Shown here piece after piece: positions 38,027 to 50,400 of a stretch of 64,000 nucleotides of DNA. Every line of letters starts with the position of its first letter. Position 1 is the first letter of the stretch. A model generated the notes under the pieces. That model did not search any database, was not told where the DNA came from, and worked only from the letters and a program-made list of their open reading frames with translations. Both the position numbers and the translations under genes were made by a program. The stretch is from Gracilinanus agilis (lineage: Eukaryota): contig NC_058132.1 of NCBI RefSeq assembly GCF_016433145.1, positions 511,426,811-511,490,810 on the forward strand, given 5' to 3'.

Positions 38027-39436
38027 ATGGATCCAAGAGATTTGCTGGAAAACCTCAAGACAGATCTGACTTGCTCTATCTGCCTGGGCTACTTCACAGA
38101 CCCAGTGACTGTCAGTTGTGGCCATAGCTTTTGCACAGTCTGCCTTCTGAGGTGCAGGGGAGAAGCAGAGTCAACATTCCACTGCCCAGAATGCAGAGGA
38201 ATCATCGAAGAAGATGATGTGTTGCCTAATAGGAATTTGCAGACTGTGTCTGTCACTGGCAAAAGGCTCAGACCTCATCTGCTTCAGAGCATTGTGGACC
38301 TGTCTGTGTGTCATAAACATGGGGAGAAAGAGAAGCTCTTCTGTGAAGAAGACCAGAGACTTCTCTGTGGTTCCTGTTCATTATCCCCAGGGCACAAGGA
38401 CCACAGAGTCCTTCCCCTGAAAATGGCTGCTGACAAGTGCAGGGACAAGATCAAGCACACCCTGAATAACTTACAACGAAAAAAAGAAGAATTTAATGTT
38501 GCCTTGGACAGAGCGGCCAGGAGAGAGGCACTCTGTGACAAGGCTATACACTCTTTGAAACAATCTTTTATTTCAGAATACAGGAAAGTACATGAATTCT
38601 TATGGGAGGAAGAAGAGCTCTATCTACAAAGACTAGACCAGCAATACACAGACATCTTGGCAAAACTGGAGCTCAACAAGACCAAACTGTCTCAACAGAT
38701 TGAAAATCTGGAAAGAATGCAATTAGAAGTAGAGGACAATTTGGAGAAGGGGCCCTTGGAAATGCTCCAAGATGTGAAAGGCACTTTGGAAAGGCATGAG
38801 GAGCTGCTACTTCAAGAACCAGAGGTTATTTCCCTTGCCTGGGCCACCAGCCCCATCACTGGCTTGAGAGAGATGCTCATGAGATTCCAGAGTGACATCA
38901 GTCTTGATCCTGAATCAGCCCATCCACATCTCATCCTGTCTGAAGATCTGAAGAGTGTCAAGTATGGAGATGTCCCACGGGACCTGCCTGACAACCAGCA
39001 AAGGTTCGATAGTGCTCCTGCTGTACTGGGGGACCAGACCTTCACTTCAGGCAAACACTATTGGGAGGTGAAAGTAGGAAATAAAACAGCTTGGGAAGTG
39101 GGAATCTGTAAAGATCCGGTCAGGAGAAAGGGACAAGTCTCCTCATTATCTAAGGATGCATGGACCCTCGTCAGTCTGGGATCTCGATATCATTGCTTCC
39201 TCTGGAATTGTAAATATGGCATCCATAGGAGCGAGCCTATAGACAAAGTAGGCATTTTCCTCGATTATGATAAAAGACATATAGCATTTTATGATGCCAT
39301 AGACGGATCCTTAATTTCTAGTTTCTCAGACATGGTCTTTGAAGGGCCTCTTCGCCCTTACTTTTCTCCTTGCTGTCCTAATGGAGAAAGTACTCAAGGG
39401 TCAATTATGCTAATTGATGTGGGAGATTCTCACTGA
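38027..39436 (+). CDS. Chimeric TRIM copy 2, 469 aa
   Basis: Translation identical to 29985..31394. Confidence 0.93.
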   Translation: MDPRDLLENLKTDLTCSICLGYFTDPVTVSCGHSFCTVCLLRCRGEAESTFHCPECRGIIEEDDVLPNRNLQTVSVTGKRLRPHLLQSIVDLSVCHKHGEKEKLFCEEDQRLLCGSCSLSPGHKDHRVLPLKMAADKCRDKIKHTLNNLQRKKEEFNVALDRAARREALCDKAIHSLKQSFISEYRKVHEFLWEEEELYLQRLDQQYTDILAKLELNKTKLSQQIENLERMQLEVEDNLEKGPLEMLQDVKGTLERHEELLLQEPEVISLAWATSPITGLREMLMRFQSDISLDPESAHPHLILSEDLKSVKYGDVPRDLPDNQQRFDSAPAVLGDQTFTSGKHYWEVKVGNKTAWEVGICKDPVRRKGQVSSLSKDAWTLVSLGSRYHCFLWNCKYGIHRSEPIDKVGIFLDYDKRHIAFYDAIDGSLISSFSDMVFEGPLRPYFSPCCPNGESTQGSIMLIDVGDSH

Positions 39437-42400
39437 GGAGTGAATGACAATGACTTGAAAGTGACTTTCTCTTCATTTCAACTTGTGTTAAAATGGACAA
39501 CGGTAATTGTGTAAAATTGTTAAACCCTATAGAGAATAAATCTGAACAAATTTTGGATATAATTGTATGAAATACTTTTGTGCCATAACAAATTACTGAA
39601 GATAATGATTAAAAAAAACTGGAAAATTTTGTATAAAGTTCAGGAAAGTGAAGTGAGCAGAACTAAGAGAATACTGCACAGAATGACATTTAATATACCA
39701 TGAAAAGCTATTGTCAATATTACAAATGCTCAAGTACAACTCCAAAGGACTCATGATGAAGAAACGAATTTTACTGCCAAAGGAGAAACCCAGTGGGTCT
39801 GAATGCAGTTTGAAACACACCATTCTTCACTTTACTACCCCAATGAATTCTTCTTTATCTTGTAAACAGTAAGTTTCTTTTTTTCACAACATGATGAACA
39901 TATATTTATGAAATATATATTTATGCATCCTATATTATATTACCTGTCTTCTTGGAGAAGGGTGGTAGAGAGGTGTATTAAAAGAACGAGATAAAGATTT
40001 TTGGACAAAACTCATTTGTGAATTTTTTCCCTTGGATAAAAGGGTTTATAATTATTTATTACATATTTATAACAAATCTTGTATTATTACTGTTATAAAT
40101 AAAAATAAAAAAGTGTTAGTTAAAAAATAATACAGTTTATTTTGTTTACTTGGAGCAGAAGAGCAAAGAAGGAAGCAAAGGAGCAGGAGTGAGTAGGAGA
40201 GAAGAAGGAGGGGGAGGAGAGATGAAGAGGGAAGAGTAGAGAAGAAGGAGGGGGTTAGGGGAGACAGAAAAGAAATAGGTGAGAAGGACTGAGGAGAGAA
40301 AAAAAGTTGCAAAAATTTTCAAGCACAGAAGTATGAAGAGAGAGATGAAAAAATGCTAAATGAATAAATAAATATTCATTTCAATCGATGTTGAAATTGT
40401 CAATAAAGTTGAGCTTGATCATCAAAACCAAATAAAATAAAGTATTTAATTTATATTTGATAATTTTGAAAATGGGAGTTTTTTTTCTAATTAACATTAT
40501 GATGATCCACAAACATTTAATTTGCAGATCAGGTATAAAGGGAGGCTGAAAAAAACATGAATGAAGGTGGGGGAAAGGGAGGTAAAAACGTTTTAAAAAT
40601 AGAGACTGAGGAAGAGGGAGATGAAAGAATGCTGAATGAATGAACAAATGAATGAATGAGGGAATGATTCCTTTCAATGACCTCCTTGGGAGATTGGTAT
40701 GGAAAAGTGATGTTTCTGAGTGAGATACAACACAAAATGAGGATCATAGCTGCCTCAAGGGACTTCTACCGGATCAGGACAGAGAAGATTTCTAAAGAAA
40801 TAAATATATTATCAAAAAGTATATTAAATAAGAATCACAAAAGATAAGGGAAGAGTAGGTAACTGAGGCAAGATATTTTATGAAATAAACTTTATTACTA
40901 CTTTCTGTTATGGTGGCTTCTCCTTTTCAATCTTCCCCTCCATCTTTTCAGAGAGCTCTGACATCTGACATCATAGGAGACATTTCACTGTCACTATATC
41001 TCTAATGAAAAAACAGGTATTTTCTACACATTCTCCATTGGCTAGAAAGCCTAAAAGACACTCATCTTTGTTTTGAAGTTCCTGGATGTGAACAACATTG
41101 TGAATGACTAGACACATTATTGTGAATAAGAAGGGGAAGGGAGGGGAGGGGAGAACTCTATCCCTTTATAGAGACTAGAAGCACTAAAGGGCTTAAGAAT
41201 TCTCGGATTTAGAAAAAGGACTAAAGGAAAGAGTTTAAAGGGTGAAATTACAAAAAAAAAAAAAAGGGTAACATAAAATAAATTAAAAAACCTTTTTTTC
41301 TGCTACAACTCTGAGGAAAGTGCTAGCCTTATCTTTGATGAGTAGGATATCAGAGAAGAAAGAAATAAGAATTAAATTTCTCTTTAAAGAAAGTTAATTT
41401 TTAAAAGATTTTTTCATTCATATAATTAGTAACTACCACCACCATAAAAAACATTTAAATAAAAGAATGGATGAAAAATTATATGCAAAAGCACAATTTC
41501 TACATTGTTCACAATTTGTCAAAATATGTAAATTATATGTGTTAATATAAACATCTGTGTTTGAGTTCCCTTTAGATTTGTTTTACTTTGATACTTTTTT
41601 CTCTTGGCTTTGTAGCTCTTTGGTTCTTAATGTAACCATCGTATTATTATTAATCTTTATTCTTCTCTTTTCATCTCTTCATATATTTTCCTTATTTTCT
41701 TTATATTTCCAATATTTGTCATTTCTAATAAAATAATAGAATCTATTACATTAAAATATCACAATCTATTCAGCCATTTCTCCCAATCATTGCAACTGTG
41801 TTATCCCTAGTTATTTTGTCCTTACAAACAAAGCTTCCATAAACATTTTTATACATGCACAATTTTTTAGCTTCTCAATAATTCCCTTAAGGCCTAATCC
41901 AGGTAATGGGATCTCTAATGAGCATGAGCAACTTTACAGCTCTTAGTGTATATTTCCATCTTGTTTTCTAAAAAACAACTTACAGTTGATATAGCAATGT
42001 AATATTAGGTATGGTTCCACATGTTCCTATACCCATTTAATTTGATCAATTTAACCTGTCTTATTCTCAGTTAATATGCATCCCCAGGGCCATATTTAGC
42101 TAGATTGGTCCTTGGGCAGAAGGTACAATCTGTTTCCAGATCCATACTCTTTCCAAAACCAAGTGTTTTCTAGCTTGGTCATACCTAGTAGAACATTTTT
42201 TTCCAATGCCACAATCCCTCAGAAGTACAAGATTACCTCCATTGTATGTTGAGTGTTGAAGTAAGAATTTTAGGGGCAGCTGGGTGGCTCAGTGGATTGA
42301 AAGCCAGGCCTAAAGATGGGAGGTCCTAGGTTCAAATCTGTTCTTAGACACTTCCTTAGCTATATGACTCTGGGCAAGTCACTTAACCCCCATGGCATAG

Positions 42401-45400
42401 CCTTTACCACTCTTCTGCCTTGTAACCAATGCACAGTATTGATTCTAAGATGGAAGGTAAAGGTTTCAAAATAAAAGAAAATTTAAAAAAGAAAGACTTT
42501 TGCAGAATGTTTATGCTCTCTAAACCATTGTTGTCTCACCAGAAACTATGTTAGGATTCTGTGTATACTCAGTCTTACTCCTAGCCACCTGCAGGTATGT
42601 GGGAAGTGATCAGTGTAAGAATTTAAAATTTAGGTTTCATGTTAATGTGAGAATTCTATAGTAATTTTGGGGTCACTGATTTCAAGATATTATAACTGAA
42701 GTAAAGATGACCTTTAGTAGCTTTATTTACAAATAGATGGAATGAATGAAAGTTGGAAAATGTAAGAAGAAGATAAAGAATTATCTAGCTTAGCACCCTA
42801 AGTGCTGCTCTAGTGTGGGGCTCAGCTCCAGCAAGGGCTTCACCATGTCCCTTGACCCCACTTGGATTTTCCAGTAATTCTCAGCCAGAAGTCTGTTGGT
42901 GTCCTCAGAAAGGGTTATACCAATGCAACCTCCTCCAGGAAAGGCAGGTCTTTCTGGAACCAATCTATCCAGAAGCCAGGAAAGGAAGGCCAGCTTCTCC
43001 ACCCACCCCAGGGGAGGTCATCTAACACTGAAGTCCAAAGGAGAAGATCCAGGAGCAGTCTTCTAAGAAGTAGTCCAAGAGCCAAAGTCCCAGCTCAAAG
43101 TGAAGCCAAAGTCTAAAAGTCCCTTGCACAGGATCTCCAGGACTTTTTACAGTCCTTTTTACCATGTCTCTTCCAGTCCCTTCCTCCACTTTACAGGAAC
43201 CAACTGCAGCCTTTCAATTTGCCTAGCACTGCCCAGGAACAGGGCAGTGGCCTCTGAAGTTGACACCCACTTTAGCAAGTGGCTTGGGAACTTAATTAGT
43301 GTTAAGTAGGAGTGCTTAAGTTTTTGACTGATTAACTTAAAAACTGTTGATTGATAGACAAAGAAAGTTTGATTCCCTCTTCACACCAGATAGACATCAT
43401 ATTTAACTTACCTCTGATTCTATTTAATTCCTTAACTCTTTATTTATTTTTTGGTTATATTTAACTAGTTCTGAGAAGGGAAAATTAAAGTCCCCCAATA
43501 TGATTATTTTCTTATCTATTTCAATCTTTATCTCATTTCATTTTTTCCTTAAAAAAATCTGGAAACAATTACCTATGCTGCCAACAATTCCAATATTGGT
43601 AATGCTTCATTATCCATAGTACCTCTTACATAAGACTTATGTTCTTTGCTTTCTGTCATTGTCCCTTTAGCCTTGAGTAATTCCTCATACTGAGTTTCCA
43701 TTCTATCTAGTTTAGTCTCTAGATAGTTCACTTTTAACTTTAGGTCAGTCTTTGCAGGAGCTTGCTTGATATCTGCTTTTAAATGTTTAAAAACAACTGC
43801 CAAAGATTCAATCATTATGCAATCAGGGATATCTGGTGCCCAGGTTGCAGACACAGCTATTCTGTCTGCAGACTGTAGTGGTATCCTTGGGGATACAAGC
43901 TGTGGGGCTCAGCAAACAAAGTGAGATTGCTAATCCTGTCCTCTGGGGTTGCCTTGTTGATTCCACTAAAATATGATCAAAATGGATACATGAACTAGAC
44001 ATAAAAGGAGATATAAGGAATTTAGAAGAATAGGGAGCATGTTACCAATCAGATGTATGGATAAGAAAGGAATTGATGAGCCAAAGATATGAAAAACTTT
44101 ATGAAATATAAAAAGGACAATTCTGAGTTCATTAAATTTAAAAGGTTTTGTATAAATAAAACAAATTTTGCCAAGATCAGAAAGCAGAAAATGGAGGAAG
44201 AATTTTATAAACAGCCCCTCCGATAGAGGCCTCATATGTTGAAAACAGTGCCAAATTCATAAGAATAAGAGCAATCCTCCATTTGATAACTGAATAGGAA
44301 CAGACAATTTTTGGATGAAGAAATCAAAGCCATATTCAGGTCTTTGAAAAAATGCTCTAACTCACTACTGTCTCGAGCAGTGATGGGCAAACTACAGCCC
44401 ACAGGCCAGATGTAGTCCCCTGAAATGTTCTGCCCTGCCTCAACATTATTCCTAATCTGACCAATACAATGAGTAGGATACAATACAGTGAAACTTTGAA
44501 AGAGTTGCCTTAGAAAGAGACTGACAGATGAGCATTTCCTTCCTTTTGGCCCCCTCTTTAAAAAGTTTGCCCATCACTGGTTTAGAGAAATGTAAACCAA
44601 AACAATTCTGAAATATAACCTCACACACACCAGGAAGGCTACAATGACACAAGGGCAAAATGACCAATGTTGGAAGAGATGTGGAAAAAATGGGGCCATT
44701 AATATGCATTTTGGGGGGCTGAGAACTAATCTAACCACATTCAAGAACAACCAAATGGTTAACCAAATGTTGGTATATTATTATGATGGAATACCTCTGT
44801 CCCATGAGAAAGGATGAGCAGTCTAATTAGGAAAAAAAATGGAAAGAATTATCCAGGATGATGAACAGTGAAATGAGCATAACCAGGAGAATATAATATA
44901 CAGTGGAAGAATTAATACTGGAAGAATAACTTGTGAATGTTACCTTCATAGAGTGAACTGAAAGGTGAAAATGTGAAAGACTTAATTCCTATGAACATAT
45001 TGCTCTCCCAGCTGTGATGTGGGGAGGATAGGCAGGGGCTTAGACACTTGAGGATAGGTTTCATTAAGTAGATGTGAAGGAAAGTAAGTAAATATATAAG
45101 AGATTTATGAATTCATTTATTAGCAAAATTATTTTGCACGTGGAAATGTATGTTCTTTTTGGTTTTGTAAAATTTGGAATAAAAATTTGATGGCCCTGAG
45201 TAAGACACCAGAAAAAATGAGGACACTAGAAGCCTAAAGGAACTTCTACTGAATTAGAAAATTTATCTAAAGAAATAATTGTATTATGAAAAATTATATG
45301 AAATAAGACCAACAGATCAATAGATGGTAGGGAATAGATAAGATATTTTATAAAATGAAATTTTATTGCTACCTTCTGTTTTCATATCTTTTTTCCCAAT

Positions 45401-46068
45401 TTAGAACTTCCTTTGAATCTTTTTAGACAACTATCACATCAAAGAAGCAATTTTAAAAAATATTAATGCTGTTTCTATACCTATAATTAAAAAGGTGATA
45501 ATTTCCATGCAATCCCCACTGGCTAGAAAGATGAAAGTGCAAGAATGGTTTCCTCTAAACTGCCAATCTGGGAACACCAATGTGAATCTTCAGGTCCATC
45601 ATTGATGGTTTTTTTTTAAAAAAAGGAAAATTTCAGAACACTGTTCTTTTGCAGAGACAAGAAGCAGTGACAAACATAGGAGTTCTTAGCTTTGGAGAGA
45701 GGGAGTAAAGGGAAAAGCTCAAAGAATGAAGGTGCAAAAAAAGGCAGACTAAACTGGGGATCTTTGTTAATAGTAATAAGAAGAAAAGGGTTTGTTTGGT
45801 TTTTCCCCAAGAGGTGGCAATGGTGAATTGCTGGATAAGAAGAAAGGTGAGAAGTCAGCCCTAAAGCAGAGGCTGAAGCACTATCAAAACATGAGTTCTC
45901 ACCTTTTGTGGGTGGAGTCAAGGGAGGAGCTACCAAAGACAGACATATAAAAAGACACCTCACAACTGGGTCCTGGTGTCTTTGGCTGCCAGATCCCAAG
46001 GGAGAAAGGCAGGCATTATCTCTCCTGGAAGGAATATCTGAGAAGGAAGGAATCAGAAGCCTGGGAGC

Positions 46069-47478
46069 ATGGATCCAAGAGATTTGCTGGAAAACCTCAA
46101 GACAGATCTGACTTGCTCTATCTGCCTGGGCTACTTCACAGACCCAGTGACTGTCAGTTGTGGCCATAGCTTTTGCACAGTCTGCCTTCTGAGGTGCAGG
46201 GGAGAAGCAGAGTCAACATTCCACTGCCCAGAATGCAGAGGAATCATCGAAGAAGATGATGTGTTGCCTAATAGGAATTTGCAGACTGTGTCTGTCACTG
46301 GCAAAAGGCTCAGACCTCATCTGCTTCAGAGCATTGTGGACCTGTCTGTGTGTCATAAACATGGGGAGAAAGAGAAGCTCTTCTGTGAAGAAGACCAGAG
46401 ACTTCTCTGTGGTTCCTGTTCATTATCCCCAGGGCACAAGGACCACAGAGTCCTTCCCCTGAAAATGGCTGCTGACAAGTGCAGGGACAAGATCAAGCAC
46501 ACCCTGAATAACTTACAACGAAAAAAAGAAGAATTTAATGTTGCCTTGGACAGAGCGGCCAGGAGAGAGGCACTCTGTGACAAGGCTATACACTCTTTGA
46601 AACAATCTTTTATTTCAGAATACAGGAAAGTACATGAATTCTTATGGGAGGAAGAAGAGCTCTATCTACAAAGACTAGACCAGCAATACACAGACATCTT
46701 GGCAAAACTGGAGCTCAACAAGACCAAACTGTCTCAACAGATTGAAAATCTGGAAAGAATGCAATTAGAAGTAGAGGACAATTTGGAGAAGGGGCCCTTG
46801 GAAATGCTCCAAGATGTGAAAGGCACTTTGGAAAGGCATGAGGAGCTGCTACTTCAAGAACCAGAGGTTATTTCCCTTGCCTGGGCCACCAGCCCCATCA
46901 CTGGCTTGAGAGAGATGCTCATGAGATTCCAGAGTGACATCAGTCTTGATCCTGAATCAGCCCATCCACATCTCATCCTGTCTGAAGATCTGAAGAGTGT
47001 CAAGTATGGAGATGTCCCACGGGACCTGCCTGACAACCAGCAAAGGTTCGATAGTGCTCCTGCTGTACTGGGGGACCAGACCTTCACTTCAGGCAAACAC
47101 TATTGGGAGGTGAAAGTAGGAAATAAAACAGCTTGGGAAGTGGGAATCTGTAAAGATCCGGTCAGGAGAAAGGGACAAGTCTCCTCATTATCTAAGGATG
47201 CATGGACCCTCGTCAGTCTGGGATCTCGATATCATTGCTTCCTCTGGAATTGTAAATATGGCATCCATAGGAGCGAGCCTATAGACAAAGTAGGCATTTT
47301 CCTCGATTATGATAAAAGACATATAGCATTTTATGATGCCATAGACGGATCCTTAATTTCTAGTTTCTCAGACATGGTCTTTGAAGGGCCTCTTCGCCCT
47401 TACTTTTCTCCTTGCTGTCCTAATGGAGAAAGTACTCAAGGGTCAATTATGCTAATTGATGTGGGAGATTCTCACTGA
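46069..47478 (+). CDS. Chimeric TRIM copy 3, 469 aa
   Basis: Translation identical to 29985..31394. Confidence 0.93.
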   Translation: MDPRDLLENLKTDLTCSICLGYFTDPVTVSCGHSFCTVCLLRCRGEAESTFHCPECRGIIEEDDVLPNRNLQTVSVTGKRLRPHLLQSIVDLSVCHKHGEKEKLFCEEDQRLLCGSCSLSPGHKDHRVLPLKMAADKCRDKIKHTLNNLQRKKEEFNVALDRAARREALCDKAIHSLKQSFISEYRKVHEFLWEEEELYLQRLDQQYTDILAKLELNKTKLSQQIENLERMQLEVEDNLEKGPLEMLQDVKGTLERHEELLLQEPEVISLAWATSPITGLREMLMRFQSDISLDPESAHPHLILSEDLKSVKYGDVPRDLPDNQQRFDSAPAVLGDQTFTSGKHYWEVKVGNKTAWEVGICKDPVRRKGQVSSLSKDAWTLVSLGSRYHCFLWNCKYGIHRSEPIDKVGIFLDYDKRHIAFYDAIDGSLISSFSDMVFEGPLRPYFSPCCPNGESTQGSIMLIDVGDSH

Positions 47479-50400
47479 GGAGTGAATGACAATGACTTGA
47501 AAGTGACTTTCTCTTCATTTCAACTTGTGTTAAAATGGACAACGGTAATTGTGTAAAATTGTTAAACCCTATAGAGAATAAATCTGAACAAATTTTGGAT
47601 ATAATTGTATGAAATACTTTTGTGCCATAACAAATTACTGAAGATAATGATTAAAAAAAACTGGAAAATTTTGTATAAAGTTCAGGAAAGTGAAGTGAGC
47701 AGAACTAAGAGAATACTGCACAGAATGACATTTAATATACCATGAAAAGCTATTGTCAATATTACAAATGCTCAAGTACAACTCCAAAGGACTCATGATG
47801 AAGAAACGAATTTTACTGCCAAAGGAGAAACCCAGTGGGTCTGAATGCAGTTTGAAACACACCATTCTTCACTTTACTACCCCAATGAATTCTTCTTTAT
47901 CTTGTAAACAGTAAGTTTCTTTTTTTCACAACATGATGAACATATATTTATGAAATATATATTTATGCATCCTATATTATATTACCTGTCTTCTTGGAGA
48001 AGGGTGGTAGAGAGGTGTATTAAAAGAACGAGATAAAGATTTTTGGACAAAACTCATTTGTGAATTTTTTCCCTTGGATAAAAGGGTTTATAATTATTTA
48101 TTACATATTTATAACAAATCTTGTATTATTACTGTTATAAATAAAAATAAAAAAGTGTTAGTTAAAAAATAATACAGTTTATTTTGTTTACTTGGAGCAG
48201 AAGAGCAAAGAAGGAAGCAAAGGAGCAGGAGTGAGTAGGAGAGAAGAAGGAGGGGGAGGAGAGATGAAGAGGGAAGAGTAGAGAAGAAGGAGGGGGTTAG
48301 GGGAGACAGAAAAGAAATAGGTGAGAAGGACTGAGGAGAGAAAAAAAGTTGCAAAAATTTTCAAGCACAGAAGTATGAAGAGAGAGATGAAAAAATGCTA
48401 AATGAATAAATAAATATTCATTTCAATCGATGTTGAAATTGTCAATAAAGTTGAGCTTGATCATCAAAACCAAATAAAATAAAGTATTTAATTTATATTT
48501 GATAATTTTGAAAATGGGAGTTTTTTTTCTAATTAACATTATGATGATCCACAAACATTTAATTTGCAGATCAGGTATAAAGGGAGGCTGAAAAAAACAT
48601 GAATGAAGGTGGGGGAAAGGGAGGTAAAAACGTTTTAAAAATAGAGACTGAGGAAGAGGGAGATGAAAGAATGCTGAATGAATGAACAAATGAATGAATG
48701 AGGGAATGATTCCTTTCAATGACCTCCTTGGGAGATTGGTATGGAAAAGTGATGTTTCTGAGTGAGATACAACACAAAATGAGGATCATAGCTGCCTCAA
48801 GGGACTTCTACCGGATCAGGACAGAGAAGATTTCTAAAGAAATAAATATATTATCAAAAAGTATATTAAATAAGAATCACAAAAGATAAGGGAAGAGTAG
48901 GTAACTGAGGCAAGATATTTTATGAAATAAACTTTATTACTACTTTCTGTTATGGTGGCTTCTCCTTTTCAATCTTCCCCTCCATCTTTTCAGAGAGCTC
49001 TGACATCTGACATCATAGGAGACATTTCACTGTCACTATATCTCTAATGAAAAAACAGGTATTTTCTACACATTCTCCATTGGCTAGAAAGCCTAAAAGA
49101 CACTCATCTTTGTTTTGAAGTTCCTGGATGTGAACAACATTGTGAATGACTAGACACATTATTGTGAATAAGAAGGGGAAGGGAGGGGAGGGGAGAACTC
49201 TATCCCTTTATAGAGACTAGAAGCACTAAAGGGCTTAAGAATTCTCGGATTTAGAAAAAGGACTAAAGGAAAGAGTTTAAAGGGTGAAATTACAAAAAAA
49301 AAAAAAAGGGTAACATAAAATAAATTAAAAAACCTTTTTTTCTGCTACAACTCTGAGGAAAGTGCTAGCCTTATCTTTGATGAGTAGGATATCAGAGAAG
49401 AAAGAAATAAGAATTAAATTTCTCTTTAAAGAAAGTTAATTTTTAAAAGATTTTTTCATTCATATAATTAGTAACTACCACCACCATAAAAAACATTTAA
49501 ATAAAAGAATGGATGAAAAATTATATGCAAAAGCACAATTTCTACATTGTTCACAATTTGTCAAAATATGTAAATTATATGTGTTAATATAAACATCTGT
49601 GTTTGAGTTCCCTTTAGATTTGTTTTACTTTGATACTTTTTTCTCTTGGCTTTGTAGCTCTTTGGTTCTTAATGTAACCATCGTATTATTATTAATCTTT
49701 ATTCTTCTCTTTTCATCTCTTCATATATTTTCCTTATTTTCTTTATATTTCCAATATTTGTCATTTCTAATAAAATAATAGAATCTATTACATTAAAATA
49801 TCACAATCTATTCAGCCATTTCTCCCAATCATTGCAACTGTGTTATCCCTAGTTATTTTGTCCTTACAAACAAAGCTTCCATAAACATTTTTATACATGC
49901 ACAATTTTTTAGCTTCTCAATAATTCCCTTAAGGCCTAATCCAGGTAATGGGATCTCTAATGAGCATGAGCAACTTTACAGCTCTTAGTGTATATTTCCA
50001 TCTTGTTTTCTAAAAAACAACTTACAGTTGATATAGCAATGTAATATTAGGTATGGTTCCACATGTTCCTATACCCATTTAATTTGATCAATTTAACCTG
50101 TCTTATTCTCAGTTAATATGCATCCCCAGGGCCATATTTAGCTAGATTGGTCCTTGGGCAGAAGGTACAATCTGTTTCCAGATCCATACTCTTTCCAAAA
50201 CCAAGTGTTTTCTAGCTTGGTCATACCTAGTAGAACATTTTTTTCCAATGCCACAATCCCTCAGAAGTACAAGATTACCTCCATTGTATGTTGAGTGTTG
50301 AAGTAAGAATTTTAGGGGCAGCTGGGTGGCTCAGTGGATTGAAAGCCAGGCCTAAAGATGGGAGGTCCTAGGTTCAAATCTGTTCTTAGACACTTCCTTA